A DNA stretch of 64,000 bases from Eledone cirrhosa (GCA_964016885.1 OZ024755.1:41168001-41232000), one strand, 5' to 3'. Shown: positions 1 to 13,247, counted from the first letter of the stretch. Notes: generated by a model not told the origin, from the letters alone. Made by a program: numbers and translations.

Positions 1-16
1 TATGTATATATATGTA

Positions 17-125
<109 letters not shown>

Positions 126-126
126 T

Positions 127-199
<73 letters not shown>

Positions 200-202
200 T
201 GA

Positions 203-238
<36 letters not shown>

Positions 239-307
239 AGTATATCTATAATTTATAATAAACGAAGCCAAATTTTACATATTTGACTTAATTATTTTAT
301 TTTATAT

Positions 308-438
<131 letters not shown>

Positions 439-474
439 TATATATATACATATATATATATATAAATTATTAAA

Positions 475-1000
475 AAAATAATGAATAAACAAAGAAACAG
501 TTCCTTATATTAAAAAAATTCATTATTTTACGATCGTTTCTAGGATATATATGTGTTAGAGTTGGTATGCATATTCTATAGATCTATGTACAATATTTAT
601 ACAAACTATCAGAGGGAATATACATACCTTCACATATATATGCTGTCTTCAGAAATAATGATACTTGTTTATTGATAAGAACAAAGATTCAATACAATAG
701 GTCTGTTTGGGAACAGGTTTTGAATTGACCAATCAGGAGGTAGTGAGGGTCAAGATAGTGATATAGAATTAGGGGAACCTTAAATTATGGGTAGGGGAAG
801 TAGATTTCAGTTTGGGATGGAAAAGAGTATTATGAATGAAGGATTACTTTAGGGAAGAAGTAGGTCATATGTTGACCTCAGAAATAATTTTATCTGTTCA
901 TTGAATAAAACCAACAAAGATCCAATATAATAATGGATTACTTTAGGGAAGAAGTAGGTCATATGCTGACCTCAGAAATAATTTTATTTGTTCATTGAAT
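475..1000 (-). mobile_element. Non-coding PLE-pLTR-like repeat family (also 1305-1495, 44095-44500, and inverted at 44800-44900 and 45140-45420)
   Basis: Dispersed near-identical copies adjacent to (TA)n; four copies carry the hammerhead above. Confidence 0.7.
521..660 (-). ncRNA. Minimal hammerhead with very large stem II insertion (other copies: 1356-1493 -, 44144-44283 -, 45215-45363 +)
   Basis: 8-bp stem I cattattt/aaataatg, CTGAAGA, stem II atatatatgtg/cacatatatat enclosing about 80 nt, GAAAC-GATC-GUA. Confidence 0.75.
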
Positions 1001-1071
1001 TTAGTCCAGAATTAGCCGTCGAAACGGCTTGAGCTCAGCCGTCGGGGTCCTACTCGTTCCTATATATATAT

Positions 1072-1176
<105 letters not shown>

Positions 1177-1190
1177 AATATATATATATT

Positions 1191-1298
<108 letters not shown>

Positions 1299-1626
1299 TA
1301 TAAAAAAATAATGAATAAACAAAGAAACAGTTCCTTATATTAAACAAAAAAAGTTCATTATTTTACGATCGTTTCTAGGACGTATATGTGTTAGAATTGG
1401 TATGCATATTCAAAAGATCTATGTACAAAATTATACAAACTATCAAAGAGAATATACATACCTTCACATATATATGCTGTCTTCAGAAATAATCTGACTC
1501 TGTATTCCGTTTATCTTTCACCGAAAGTGATTTTTGAATGCATCTCTTCTTTTCATGATATCCGGATTACATTGAGTTCTTCATACGGATTGGACACTAC
1601 CGTAAACTTTTGGTAGATTTATCTAC

Positions 1627-1681
<55 letters not shown>

Positions 1682-1736
1682 AATATCGAAACGGCTTGAG
1701 CTCAGCCGTCGGGGTCCTACTCGTTCCTATATATAT

Positions 1737-1771
<35 letters not shown>

Positions 1772-1773
<2 letters not shown>

Positions 1774-3535
1774 GGAACGAGTAGGACCCCGACGGCTGAG
1801 CTCAAGCCGTTTCGACGGCTAATTCTGGACTAAATGAACATTTTTATCCTGGTATTTGAATAGCCGAGCTTCTCAGGGGGTAATTCCATATATGGTAAAA
1901 GTGATTGTCACAAGGATTGGTCAAAAGTTTGTTGTTGAGACATAATAATTCTATCATGGCAATTTGTGGAGGGAAGGGGTAGCTGAACCTGCCAGTAGAA
2001 AAAAGAGGGAGAGGGGTGGAAGAAACCCAGTCGTGCGTTGATAGTGCCAACTACGGCTGGGCAGGAGGTCAAAGAAGATACTAGGGGGGGGGGAGTCGAA
2101 ACAATAAGTAAAACAATATGGGGTAAATATATAGAAAAATACCGGGAGTGTTAAAAACAATTAAGTGTAAAGAAAAAAACAATTTCTGGTTACTATAACC
2201 TAAGGACAGCTATCAAGTCTCTCACTGGTACTGCTAGACTAAAGAAAGGTTTACTAGGTGGGACGGAATTATAATGAGACCCTTTTAAGAGGTATAAGTA
2301 AACAACCGAATATATCTTACGGTGACGGGTCAACAAGTGGGGGGCCAAAATACTAAAGAAACTACCACGAAATAATAAATCAGAGTCCCGAGACCAGTAC
2401 GAAATAAAGGTTTCTACCCCAGGCACAAGGCTAGCAACCACCCAGTGCAACAAAAATAATAAACTCATACGAAATAATAATTCAGAATCCCGAAAAAGAA
2501 TACTAATACTATCTCTAAGGGTGCCGCCACGCTACAAAAATTGTAGTGCAAACTACATAAATGCTCGTACGAAGTATATGTAAAATTTGATACGGAAAAT
2601 AAATTCAGAAAAAAATAAATAAATAAATAAATAAAAAAAAAAAAATAAATAAAAAATAAATAAATACTGATATACGAGAAATTAAAACAAAGATACCACT
2701 AAGAAATATAGAAAGCACGGAAAAGGTGCGGCCATCGGATAAGAAGGCTAGTATCCGGGGTCTAACACATATGCTATAAAAAGCGGAGTCGGCCAAATCT
2801 AACATAGATTAATGGAAGGGGGTGGTGAAACTGAGGCTACAAGGGGCTGCCTCGGGTTGGCGAGAAAGTAAAAGGACGACGACAAAGAAAGAGGACTGGG
2901 GTGGAAGGACTAGGGAGGGATGGGGGAAAGAAGGAAATATAGAGGAAGTGCTAAAAAGATATAGAAGAAGATATTAGGTCTACCTTTGCAAGCAGGGATT
3001 ACCCGATACAAAATCGGCAAGTGGGGTGTTATAGCTCTAGTCTACCCCCCCCCCCCCCCCGGGTCATTATGGGGTTTGAGGGCGAGGTAAGTCCCACGCA
3101 ATCGGTGTTTACATGCAGTTACCAGTTCATCTTTCTTGTTTAGGAGTTGGTCCGTCGAGAACAACATTTGTAAAGTTTCCTCCGAGCATAAATTGCACGA
3201 ACGGCGTCCTCCCGTGTAAGAGTTGGCTCTGGACAGTAAGCTCCAAGTGAGATCATAGGTAATATTGTTATCCTTGAGGTCCCATATGTGGCCCGAAAGT
3301 GTAGTGGCGTGACGCCGGGCCGGGTTTCGGAAGGTATGTCTGTGTTGGTATAGCCGGGTTTTGAAGTCACATGCGGTTAATCCTATATAGGCTTTGTTGG
3401 TGGTGTCCGACCTCACGTTGCACTGGTAGATCACATTACGATCTCTGCATCTGTTGTCGAGGGGGCAAATGGATCCATCAGGACAGTTGCACCTCCTGGT
3501 CGGCTCTCCACTGCTAGGAACATCACCAAGAAGAT
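1772..3535 (-). mobile_element. 5'-truncated PLE (Nematis-like): GIY-YIG EN fragment (3042-~3500) plus ~1.2-kb 3'UTR/pLTR
   Basis: CNCPDGSICPLDNRC..VIYQC..AYIG..FKTRLYQH..TTLS.HIW.LK..W..CNLCSEE..LLNKKDEL..CKH; 3' end abuts (TA)n. Confidence 0.88.
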
Positions 3536-3827
3536 GAAACGATTGTAAATCAAATTATGATATAAATAAGTATGATAACATATTTTAATGAATTATTTGC
3601 TCCACGTGTAATTTATTTAACAATAGGAATTCATATAGATGCTTTGTTGAAAAATGAATTTTTAAAACAAATATATGAAGCCATGTGTACAGGTTGTACC
3701 AGTAATGTACTGGATAATTGCTGGCCTTGTGCCTAAACTAGAAACAATTATAATAGATTACCGTATTTTGAGGTGATATAACTTTTACACCTACACCTTT
3801 CCAGTTTTTATCTTTGAAAATAAATTT

Positions 3828-3884
<57 letters not shown>

Positions 3885-3887
<3 letters not shown>

Positions 3888-4272
3888 CGAAGGAAATGTG
3901 GTAAGGAACCAGGTGGACCATAACGCACCAAAGTACTCAATACTTGAGGTAGTAGAGTGGGTAATAGGAACCAGTAAGACCCCGACAGCTGAGCTCAAGC
4001 CGTTTCGACGGCTAATTCTGGACTAAATGAACATTTATCCTGGTATTTAAATAGCCGATCTTCTCAAGGGGTAATTCCATATATGGTCAAAGTGATTGTC
4101 AAAAATCAGTAGTAATTCTGTGGTTGCAAATTTTTGACAATCACTTTGACCATATATGGAATTACCCCTTGAGAAGATCGGCTATTTAAATACCAGGATA
4201 AATGTTCATTTAGTCCAGAATTAGCCGTCGAAACGGCTTGAGCTCAGCTGTCGGGGTCTTACTGGTTCCTAT
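3885..4272. mobile_element. Solo PLE pLTR with 143-bp perfect inverted duplication (3964-4106 / 4130-4272)
   Basis: Same family as the 1772-1910 end; 23-nt spacer; flanked by (TA)n on both sides. Confidence 0.85.
4164..4257 (+). ncRNA. Type I hammerhead motif with U3-A8 core (mirror copy 3979-4072 on - strand)
   Basis: acccc-TTGAGAA-stem II cggcta/tagccg with long loop-GAA-ACGGCT-TGAGCTC-AGCTGT-C-ggggt; GUC cleavage triplet. Confidence 0.65.
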
Positions 4273-4434
4273 ATATATATATATATATATACATACATAC
4301 ATACATATATATATATGTGTGTGTGTGTATATATATAAAGAAGAGATATGTATCATAAGAATAGAAGAGAGAGAAAAAATTGTGATACAGTATACTAGAC
4401 GCCAAGACGTAACATGTAAAGTTTGTTTATTCTG

Positions 4435-4570
<136 letters not shown>

Positions 4571-5127
4571 ACTTTGATAGGTTTTGGCCAGTATTGGCCC
4601 AGATACATATATATATATATATATACATACACACACACACACACATACATACATACATACATACATACATACATACATACATACATACATACATACATAC
4701 ATACATACATACATACATACATACATACATACATACTTTGTATTCCACTGGAAAGAAGGAAACGTCTATTTTTTACACTAACTGCAATTAAAATATTACC
4801 TAGAGGGAATTGAATGATGTTCTAGCCAGGAATATAGCAACACAACATGGCTTATTAGATAAAGATGGTGGGGGGGGGGGACATTTCTGTACATATCTGT
4901 ATACTATGCCTGAAGCTAAATCCTATTTCTATTCTATCATAAGTTGAGCCAACTTATGCAGCTTCATATGCAAATAAGATTAATCACCTCATTTACACAG
5001 ACGAGAAAACTATATATTCTCGGCTGTTCACAAGTCCAGCAGTTGCAGGTGTGGAAGGGATCGTCATGATGAAGGCACGTTAAGTCTGAAATGCATAGAC
5101 TATTGTCCCCCTTGCTTCTGCTGAACA

Positions 5128-5143
5128 CCACCAGAGGGCGCTA
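5128..5143 (+). promoter_or_regulatory. CTCF-like motif CCACCAGAGGGCGCTA
   Basis: Close match to the bilaterian CTCF consensus CCACCAGGGGGCGCTA, in non-repetitive DNA about 3.4 kb upstream of the first detected exon. Confidence 0.4.
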
Positions 5144-5279
5144 GCCCCGGTGTTTTGCATAGCTACGGCCATCTAAATGTTTACCTGTAAACATACCGTG
5201 TTTCTTTAGCAATACAAAATTTCTATACACACACACACACCCACATATATATATATATGTGCGTATATATATATATATT

Positions 5280-5700
5280 TGTTTTGCGAGGTTTTTGATA
5301 TGAAATCGTGTGTCGAAACAAATATTGTTATACTTGGGGAGGGTCATGTTGTTATAATATTGCCAGAAATAATAACAGAACCCACTCACTGTTTGGTTGG
5401 TTTTCGCTTCTGTATCTTTTATATCTCCTCAGTTAATTCATTCGGTGGTACTATTATAGTATCACTGATGATGCTGCAGATGTCCAACGAAAGAACTTTG
5501 TTAGACTATATATATGTGTTTATATCTATATTATATCTGTATTTTTGACCGTTGGTCAGTCAATGGTAAACATTGAGGACCAAATGAATTAACTGAGGAG
5601 ATATAAATGATACAGAAGCGAAAACCAACCACACAGTCAGTGTGTTCTGTTATTATTTCTGGCAATACTATTACAATATGACCCTCCCCAGGTATAACAA
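5280..5700. mobile_element. Inverted PLE pLTR pair (arms ~5324-5446 / 5578-5700) with a degenerate HHR at 5461-5502
   Basis: Shares the end motif gaccctccc..gtataacaat with the PLE 3' ends at 6750 and 12400; related copy at 34650-34765. Confidence 0.65.
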
Positions 5701-5720
5701 TATATATATATATATATATA

Positions 5721-6832
5721 CATAACGACATAAATGGGACCTGCCCCTTGTATAGGAGCAAATTTTGGAATAGAATAGAAAGAACTAGGAATAAGGCTAA
5801 TAGAATAAACTCATGGTATGATAGCAATAAATACCAGAGTGCAATGTGCATCAATAAAACCCCTAGAGGTGAATTAGCTTACAAATTTAGAAGGGCCCTA
5901 GATAAACATAAACTCAATATTAAGATAGTAGAAAGACCAGGTACCTCCGTAAAAACACTTATTAGCAAAACATACCCTTTTCAAAGACCCCCATGTATAG
6001 ATAAGAAATGTATAACCTGTAAAATAAGCCCCTATATTAACTGTAAAACTAGAAATGTAGTATATAGCATAAGATGTACTGAAGGACAATGTAGAGTCAA
6101 AAATATAGTGTACATAGGTGAGACAGCTCGTAGTGTAGGGGAACGGATAAATGAACACTGGCGAGACCTTCAAGATAATAAAGAATCATCTGTACTCTAC
6201 CAACATGCTAAAATAGAACACAAGGGTAAATTAGAGAACATAGAAATAAAAATAGAATCTACACACAGAAAAGACGCAATGTTTAGACAAATTACAGAGG
6301 CAGTAAGCACAAAAGAATTACAACCAAAATTAAATAGAAAACATGAGTGGAACAGCAACATCACAACTTACAATTAAGGACAAAATGAAAACACACACAC
6401 ATAGAACAAACAACCAGCCAGTAACATGTAAATAAACAAATAAATAAATGAACATAAACACACACAGACACCCGGATGTGGCGCATGCGCAGACTAAGCA
6501 CACAACACACACACAGAAACAAAATGGCGTAGGACAGAACAAAGGAGAGGCACAAAAACAAAGAAAAGAATCCCCAGTCACTGAAGAGGTCACAGAATGT
6601 GTGACGAAAGAACTTTGACAATATATAAACAACTATCTGGTTGTGGAACCAACCAACCAACCAGAAATTTATAGATTTATTCCTAAATTTATAAATTTAT
6701 TATAATAAATTGAAGTGAAAGCAACTGGTGCGTGAGTTTCTTATTGGCAACATGACCCTCCCAAAGTATAACAATATCGGTTTCAACACACGATTTCAGA
6801 TAAAGAATCTTGCTAAACAAATTCAGAAACGA
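5721..6832 (+). mobile_element. 5'-truncated PLE: GIY-YIG EN ORF 5748-6377 plus 3'UTR with HHR at 6577-6619
   Basis: C..C..C..NCKTRNVVY.I.C..C..VYIGETARS.GER.NEH..QITEAV..LNRKHEW; HHR gtca-CTGAAGA-gtcac/gtgac-GAAAG-AA-CUU-tgac. Confidence 0.88.
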
Positions 6833-7124
6833 AATATATATATATATATATATATAAACGTTTGTGCTGAAAAACCACTGTCTTTGGGTGAAAGAAAATA
6901 CAGGACGATGAGTTAATTATGATTTTATTCAACATATTCTCGGATTCCGATATTTATGGCAGCGGTCCTACCTCCAATATAAAGGTAACAACTCTACCTT
7001 TTCACGATACCCTTAAACACAGGAACTTTTCAGCACAACACCCCCACCCTCGTATATAATTTTTGATGAGTTAGTGTTAAAGAATAAAAATTAATGATAA
7101 AAGAAAAATATTTTTTTTTAAATT

Positions 7125-7605
7125 GAGGGCCTCCAAAGGTGTGTGGCGCTCAGCTATAGTTTACAGGTAAGACCAGCACTGGCTACACTGAGGCCTCCGA
7201 GGGTGTGTGACCCTTAGCTATAGCTATAGTTTAAAGGTAAGACCAGCACTGGCTACACTGAAGCCTCCGAGGGTGTGTGACCCTTAGCTATAGCTATAGT
7301 TTACAGGTAAGACCAGCACTGGCTACACTGAGGCCTCCGAGGGTGTGTGACCCTTAGCTATAGCTATAGTTTAAAGGTAAGACCAGCACTGGCTACACTG
7401 AGGCCTCCGGGGGTGTGTGACCCTTAGCTATAGCTATACTTTACAGGTAAGACCAGCACTGGCTACACCGAGGCCTCCGAGGATGTGTGACCCTTAGCTA
7501 TAGCTATAGTTTAAAGGTAAGACCAGCACTGGCTTCACTGAGGCCTCCGGGGGTGTGTGGCTCTAAGCTGTAGTTAATTTAGCTTAAAGGTAGGTCCAGC
7601 ACTGT
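7125..7605 (+). repeat. 70-bp minisatellite, about 6.5 copies, with 140-bp dimer structure
   Basis: gaccagcact recurs at 7171, 7241, 7311, 7381, 7451, 7521; ttacagg and ttaaagg alternate strictly. Confidence 0.95.
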
Positions 7606-7817
7606 TCGGAGACCCAGAAGGCTACAGTCTCCATCACAAATATGACGGAAAGTAGCTTATCGGGCATAGAAAGATGTTTCACTGATGAAATCATAAGGCT
7701 GGAATATGTCTGGAACTGCCGAGACTGTCAAAATAATACCAGTCGTTGACTAATATCATTTGTTTGACCCTATAATTAATTCTAGCTAGCTTTTCTAGGC
7801 CCCATAATTATTATTAA

Positions 7818-8528
7818 GGTGGTGGATTAGTAGTATTGGTAGAGGGTCGGACGCCATGCTTTGCAGCATAGTTACGTCCCTTTACGGTCTGAGTTCAAAT
7901 CCCGACGAGGTTAACTTTGCCTTTCATGCTTACGGGGTCGATAAAATAAAGTACCAGTAATGAACTGGGATAATTGCTGGCCTTGTGCCAAAAGTAGAAA
8001 CAACTATTAAGGCGACGAATTGACCGTGTCGTGAGAGCATCTGATGGAATGTTTTGCGGTATTTGTTTCGGCTATCTGCTCTCTGAGTTCCAATCTCGCC
8101 AAAGTCAACTTTGGCTTTCTTTCATTCAGGGCCGATAAAAAATGTACTAGTCTAGTACTGGAGTCGATTCTTCCTCCTTCTCTGGAAGAAACCTGCTGTA
8201 TTCAGACCTGGAGAGGAGAAGGGCTCCACCAGGTTTTAAAGTACCCTAGAAACCCCGTCAATACGGCGCCCCTAGGGAGTTGCGAGACCCTACAAACATA
8301 CAACTTTGCTATTGTGATGAATCGTTAGAGCATTGGACAAATGCTTATCAATATTTGCTCCGACTCGATACGTTCTGAGTTCAGATCCCGCCGAGGTCAA
8401 CTTTGTTTTTAATTCTTCCGAAGTCGATAGACTAAAGCACCAGTCATGTACTGGGGTCAACATAATCGACCTTCTCTCCCCCACCACTCCAAAAAAATGG
8501 ATGACACTGTACCAAAATTAGAAACAAT
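7818..8528 (+). mobile_element. Cluster of three tRNA-derived SINEs (7818-8004, 8011-8168, ~8315-8528)
   Basis: A-box-like head, B box GAGTTCAAATCC, shared domain ACTTTGCCTTTCATCC..GGGGTCGATAAAATAAAGTACCAG. Confidence 0.85.
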
Positions 8529-8555
8529 CAACTTAACTATTGTTTATTCTTGCAG

Positions 8556-8766
8556 CTGGCGTCTCTAACTTTAATATTCTCCAAATGGTTTGACTAACAT
8601 TGAAACAGCTGATAGGGAAACTTCACAATAAACGTATTATTACATGGTCGAGTTCCTGATATGACAACACACCTTAGTCTCAACAACACTTAACGCTACT
8701 TAACTTCAATAATATGAAAGCGGGAAGCAGTGCCAAAATATTTCTAACAAATTATTATTATGTTCG
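8556..8766 (+). CDS. Putative host-gene exon: 5'UTR plus first 7 coding nt (ATG TTC G at 8760-8766)
   Basis: Branch-like CTTAAC (8532) and acceptor ttattcttgcag ending 8555; donor G|GTAATA at 8767. In-frame TAA 15 nt upstream of the ATG. The phase-1 end joins exon 35026 to give MFG-TLALFAILSGASG. Confidence 0.6.
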
Positions 8767-9045
8767 GTAATATTTTCTTGGAAACTCTGGCAAGTGCCAA
8801 CGGAAATTCCGAAAGGGTAACACATTTTTTATACGCTCTACAGAATTCCTGTAGGTTGAAGATTTGTCTAGAACATACCATGGAGAATTGTTGTATACCT
8901 AGGAGTAATGAAACGTTATCTCTTATAAAACAATAATTCTTTTGATGTGATGAGAAACGTTGTATAAACACTTACAACTTCCTTCCTTTCCTCACACTCC
9001 TACCCACATCCTCCACCTTAAAACTTACTCCATAGCTTCTTTCGC

Positions 9046-9101
<56 letters not shown>

Positions 9102-9244
9102 TATGTACATATACACACACACACACACACATATACATATGTACATATACACACACATACACATATATACATATGTACATACACACACACACACACATAT
9201 ATACATATGTACATACACACACACACACACATATATACATATGT

Positions 9245-9300
<56 letters not shown>

Positions 9301-9305
<5 letters not shown>

Positions 9306-9930
9306 AACAAGTATGACCCCGACGGCAGAGCTCAAGCCGTTTCGACGGCTAATTCTGGACTAAATAAGAATTTTTAGCCTGGTAAATAAATAGCCGAACT
9401 TCACAGGGGGAATTCCATATTTGGGAAGATAGTAATTGTCAAAAGGATTGGTCAGAAGTTTGTTGTAAAGACTGATGATTCTATCATGGCATTTGGTGGG
9501 CGGTAGGGGTACCTGAACTTGCCGGTAGAACAAAGAGGGAGTGGGGGAAACCCAGTCAAGCGTTGAAAGTGAAATCTATACAGCAGATTCTAAGGATAGT
9601 GTATAGAAGGTCGAACAAATTGTACTGGAGAAGGGGGGGGTGAAAGAATAGGTAAATCGAAAGAGAGTAAACCAACAAGCCATTATAAAAATGAGGAGAT
9701 AAATAAATAAATAACAATTTCTGGTTACTACTCCATCCCCACAATCATCAAATCTCTCATTGGTATTGCTAAGCTATAGAAAAGTTTAATAGGTGGAGAA
9801 AAATACTAAATACCAGATTGTAGTGAAATAATTGTATAAAGCCATCTTTACAGGGCGTCTAACACCACTGCTATAATTAATAGTAATCAGCCAATGCTAT
9901 CTTACAATGGTCCATCTGGTTCCTTAGCAC
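9301..9930 (-). mobile_element. PLE 3'UTR/pLTR related to 1772-2300, with degenerate HHR at 9316-9411
   Basis: Collinear similarity with 1772-2270; abuts (TA)n. Confidence 0.75.
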
Positions 9931-9940
9931 ATTTCTTTCG

Positions 9941-10009
<69 letters not shown>

Positions 10010-10087
10010 CGGATCTAGCTGTCGCGAAACGGCCGGAGCTCAACCGACGGGGTCCTGACTCTTTTCCTATATATATATATATATATA

Positions 10088-10690
10088 GAAAGTCCGAAAG
10101 TTTATAGTTGATAAGAAAATTAGGATGTTGTTGTAATTCAATCCGGAGCCTTGTAGTTATGTAAGAGGTGTTTCCAGACGTGTGGACAACGTGTGAAGAA
10201 TTCATTTTTCGTGTTTAGGCAATCACTATTGCGTAATCTCTTTAGAATATTTATTCGTTCATCAATACATAGTCCACACGACGGATTTCCCCTTGCGTAT
10301 GGCTTGGACTTGAAGTGATGGCTTTCCATTGAATGAAGTAGTCTATACTTGAGTCCTTGAGGGACCATACGTGACTCACGAGTTTCGTGGATGAACGTCT
10401 GTCGGGGTACCTAAAGGTTGACTGGTGGTTCAGGAAGCCTTCCTTAAATCGGCCCTCCGCCATACCCACATAGGATTTGACCTCCTGTGGTTGATTTGGT
10501 CGGTTGGAAGTGACCACAGCTTCATAAACTTACGGCAAGAGCAACTTGGTGGGGGTGTTGCTCCTAGGGCTGTTGGTGATGTGGGCCTTCATGTTCTTAG
10601 CGCAGGAGTATCCTAGTTTTACTTTGTGTCGGTTAAAGATGGAGCGGTATTTATGACCTATGGTGGACCAGAGCCATACGGACCCACGAA
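10088..10690 (-). pseudogene. Frameshifted Nematis-like PLE linker/EN fragment
   Basis: GHKYRSIFNRHKVKLGYSC, SYVGMAEGRFK..NHQSTF, TKL.SHVWSLK, CGLCIDE, LNTKNEF..CPH across three frames. Confidence 0.85.
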
Positions 10691-12478
10691 AACCATGATG
10701 AACTAAAGAAGATGATCGCACATGCGGTGGGGGCCAGTATAAAATTAACCCTTAAGGAACATATGTTCAAATTTAATCGAAAAACATATGCCCAAGAGGA
10801 GGGAGCAGCCATTGGCGTTAGCATTGCAGGTGACATAGCTAACCTATTCATGGTATGGTGGGACAATAAACTTAAAGAACAATTAGAAGACAGCAACATC
10901 TTAACCCTGATAATGTACTCTCGCTACGTTAATTATATAAACTTCGTAGTAAAAACACCCCACTAGAGAACAGTCAGGAATTAGAGAAAAACACCATGGA
11001 AACCATCCAGCAAATAGCTAACCCCCATCCACCAGAGTATTAGAGTTATTATAGACTACCCAAGCAAACACCCCAACCATCGATTACCTGTACTAGACAC
11101 AGAGCTCTGGTTAGAAACCATTAATAACAAAATACAAATCCTCCATTCCCATTATGCCAAACCCATGACTTCCAAATAACTGATCCACCGAAACTCAGCT
11201 GTTTCGGATCACACCAAAATCAACATACTGATTACGGATTTAGTACGGGTGATGAGGAACGTGTCCCGCATGTGCAACCCCAAAGAATTAGAGAGACACA
11301 TACAACACTGCATCCACCGTATGCAGTTCTCTGGCTACAATCAGAGAGATAAAATCAGAGTATATAGAGGAGCCAGAACCAAATGGGAAAAATGATAAAT
11401 AATGATTCAAATGGGACCTGCCCCTTGTATAGGAGCAAATTTTGAAATAGAATAGAAAGAAGTAGGAATAAGGTTAATAAAATAAACTCATGGTATGATA
11501 GCAATAAATACCAGAGTGTAATGTTCATCAATACAACCCCTAGAGGTGAACTAGCTTACACATATAGAAGGGCCCGAGATAAAATTAAACTAAATATTAA
11601 GATAGTGGTACCTCCATAAAAACACTAATTAGTAATACATACCCTTTTCAAAGACCTCCCTGCATAATTAAGAAATGCATAATCTGTAACCTAAGCCCCC
11701 ATATTAACTGTAAAACTAGAAACATAGTATATAGCATAAGATGTATTGAAGGACAATGTAGAAATAAGAATATAATGTACATAGGTGAGACAGCTAGTAG
11801 CATAGGAGAACGACTAAATGAACACTGGCAAGAATTCCAAGATAGGAAAGACTCATCAATACTCCACCAACATGCTAAAATAGAACATAAGGGCAAATTA
11901 GAGAACATAGAAATAAAAATAAAATCTACACACAGAAAAGACGCAATGTTTAGACAAATCACAGAGGCAATAAACATAAATGAACTCCAACCAAAATTAA
12001 ATAGAAAACATGAATGGAATAGCAACAACACAACTTACAATTAAGGACAAAATGAAAACACACACACATAGAACAAACAACTAACTAGTAAGATTTAAAT
12101 AAAGAAATAAATAAACAAATAAAAACACATACAGACACATGCGCAAACTAAGCACACAACACACAGAAAAACAAGATGGCGTAGGACAGAACAAAGGAGA
12201 AGCACAAAACAAAGAAAAGAATCCCTAGTCACTGAAGAGGTCACAGAATGTATGACGAAAGAACTTTGACAATATATAAACAACCATCCTGTTGTGGAAC
12301 CAACCAACCGGAAATTTATAAAATTTATATTTATAAAAATTTATAAATTTATAATAAATTGAAGTGAAAGCAACTGGTGCGTATGTTTCTTATTGGCAAC
12401 ATGACCCTCCTAAAGTATAACAACATCGGTTTCAACACACGTTTTCAGATAAAGAATCTTGCTAAACAAATTCAGAAA

Positions 12479-12480
<2 letters not shown>
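10690..12480 (+). pseudogene. Degraded PLE RT-EN, same family as 5721-6832; HHR at 12228-12270
   Basis: YAQEEGAAIG..IANLFM, SRYVNY (degenerate YVDD), RLPVLD, HYAKPM, EN YIGET; stops and frameshifts; 3'UTR collinear with 6378-6832. Confidence 0.88.
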
Positions 12481-12563
<83 letters not shown>

Positions 12564-12679
12564 TGTAATAAACAACATAAGATAATTATTTCATTTGCCA
12601 GCGTTTTTATTAATATATATTTAGTTACACATGGAGCATTAAATATGCATATATATATATATATATATATATGCGCTTC

Positions 12680-13208
12680 TCTCTGTGTGTAGGTGTGTGT
12701 GTGTGCCACTGTGTGTGTATGTCTGTGTGTGCGTGCCTGCATGTGGTCCACTGTGTCTATGTGTGTATGCCTGTGTGCGTCCTGCGTGTGTGCCACTGTG
12801 TCTATGTGCATGGCTATGTGTACGTGTGTGTGTCTGTCCCACTGTGTCAATGTGTGTATGTCTGTGTGTACGTGCTTGTGTGAGTGTGTGTGTGTGTGTG
12901 TACATGCTTACATGGGTGTGTGAGTGTGTGCGCGCATGTCTGTATGTGTGTGTGTGTATAATGCCTACATGTGTGTGTGTATGCGGACTTATAGCAATTC
13001 ACTTAGTGTCTGTATTTCGGTCGATTTATATATAATCTCTCTCTCTCTCTCACACTCTCTCTCTCTCTCTCTCTCTCTGACACACACTCTCTCTCTGATA
13101 CACTCTCTCTCTCTCTGACACACACTCCCTCTCTCTGACACACACTCTCTCTCTCTGACACACTCTCTCTCTCTGACACACTCTCTCTCTCTCTCTCTCT
13201 GACACACA

Positions 13209-13247
<39 letters not shown>

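Noticed and set aside
7818-8004. tRNA genes
   Set aside because: A/B boxes are followed by a shared SINE body, with no cloverleaf and many dispersed copies.
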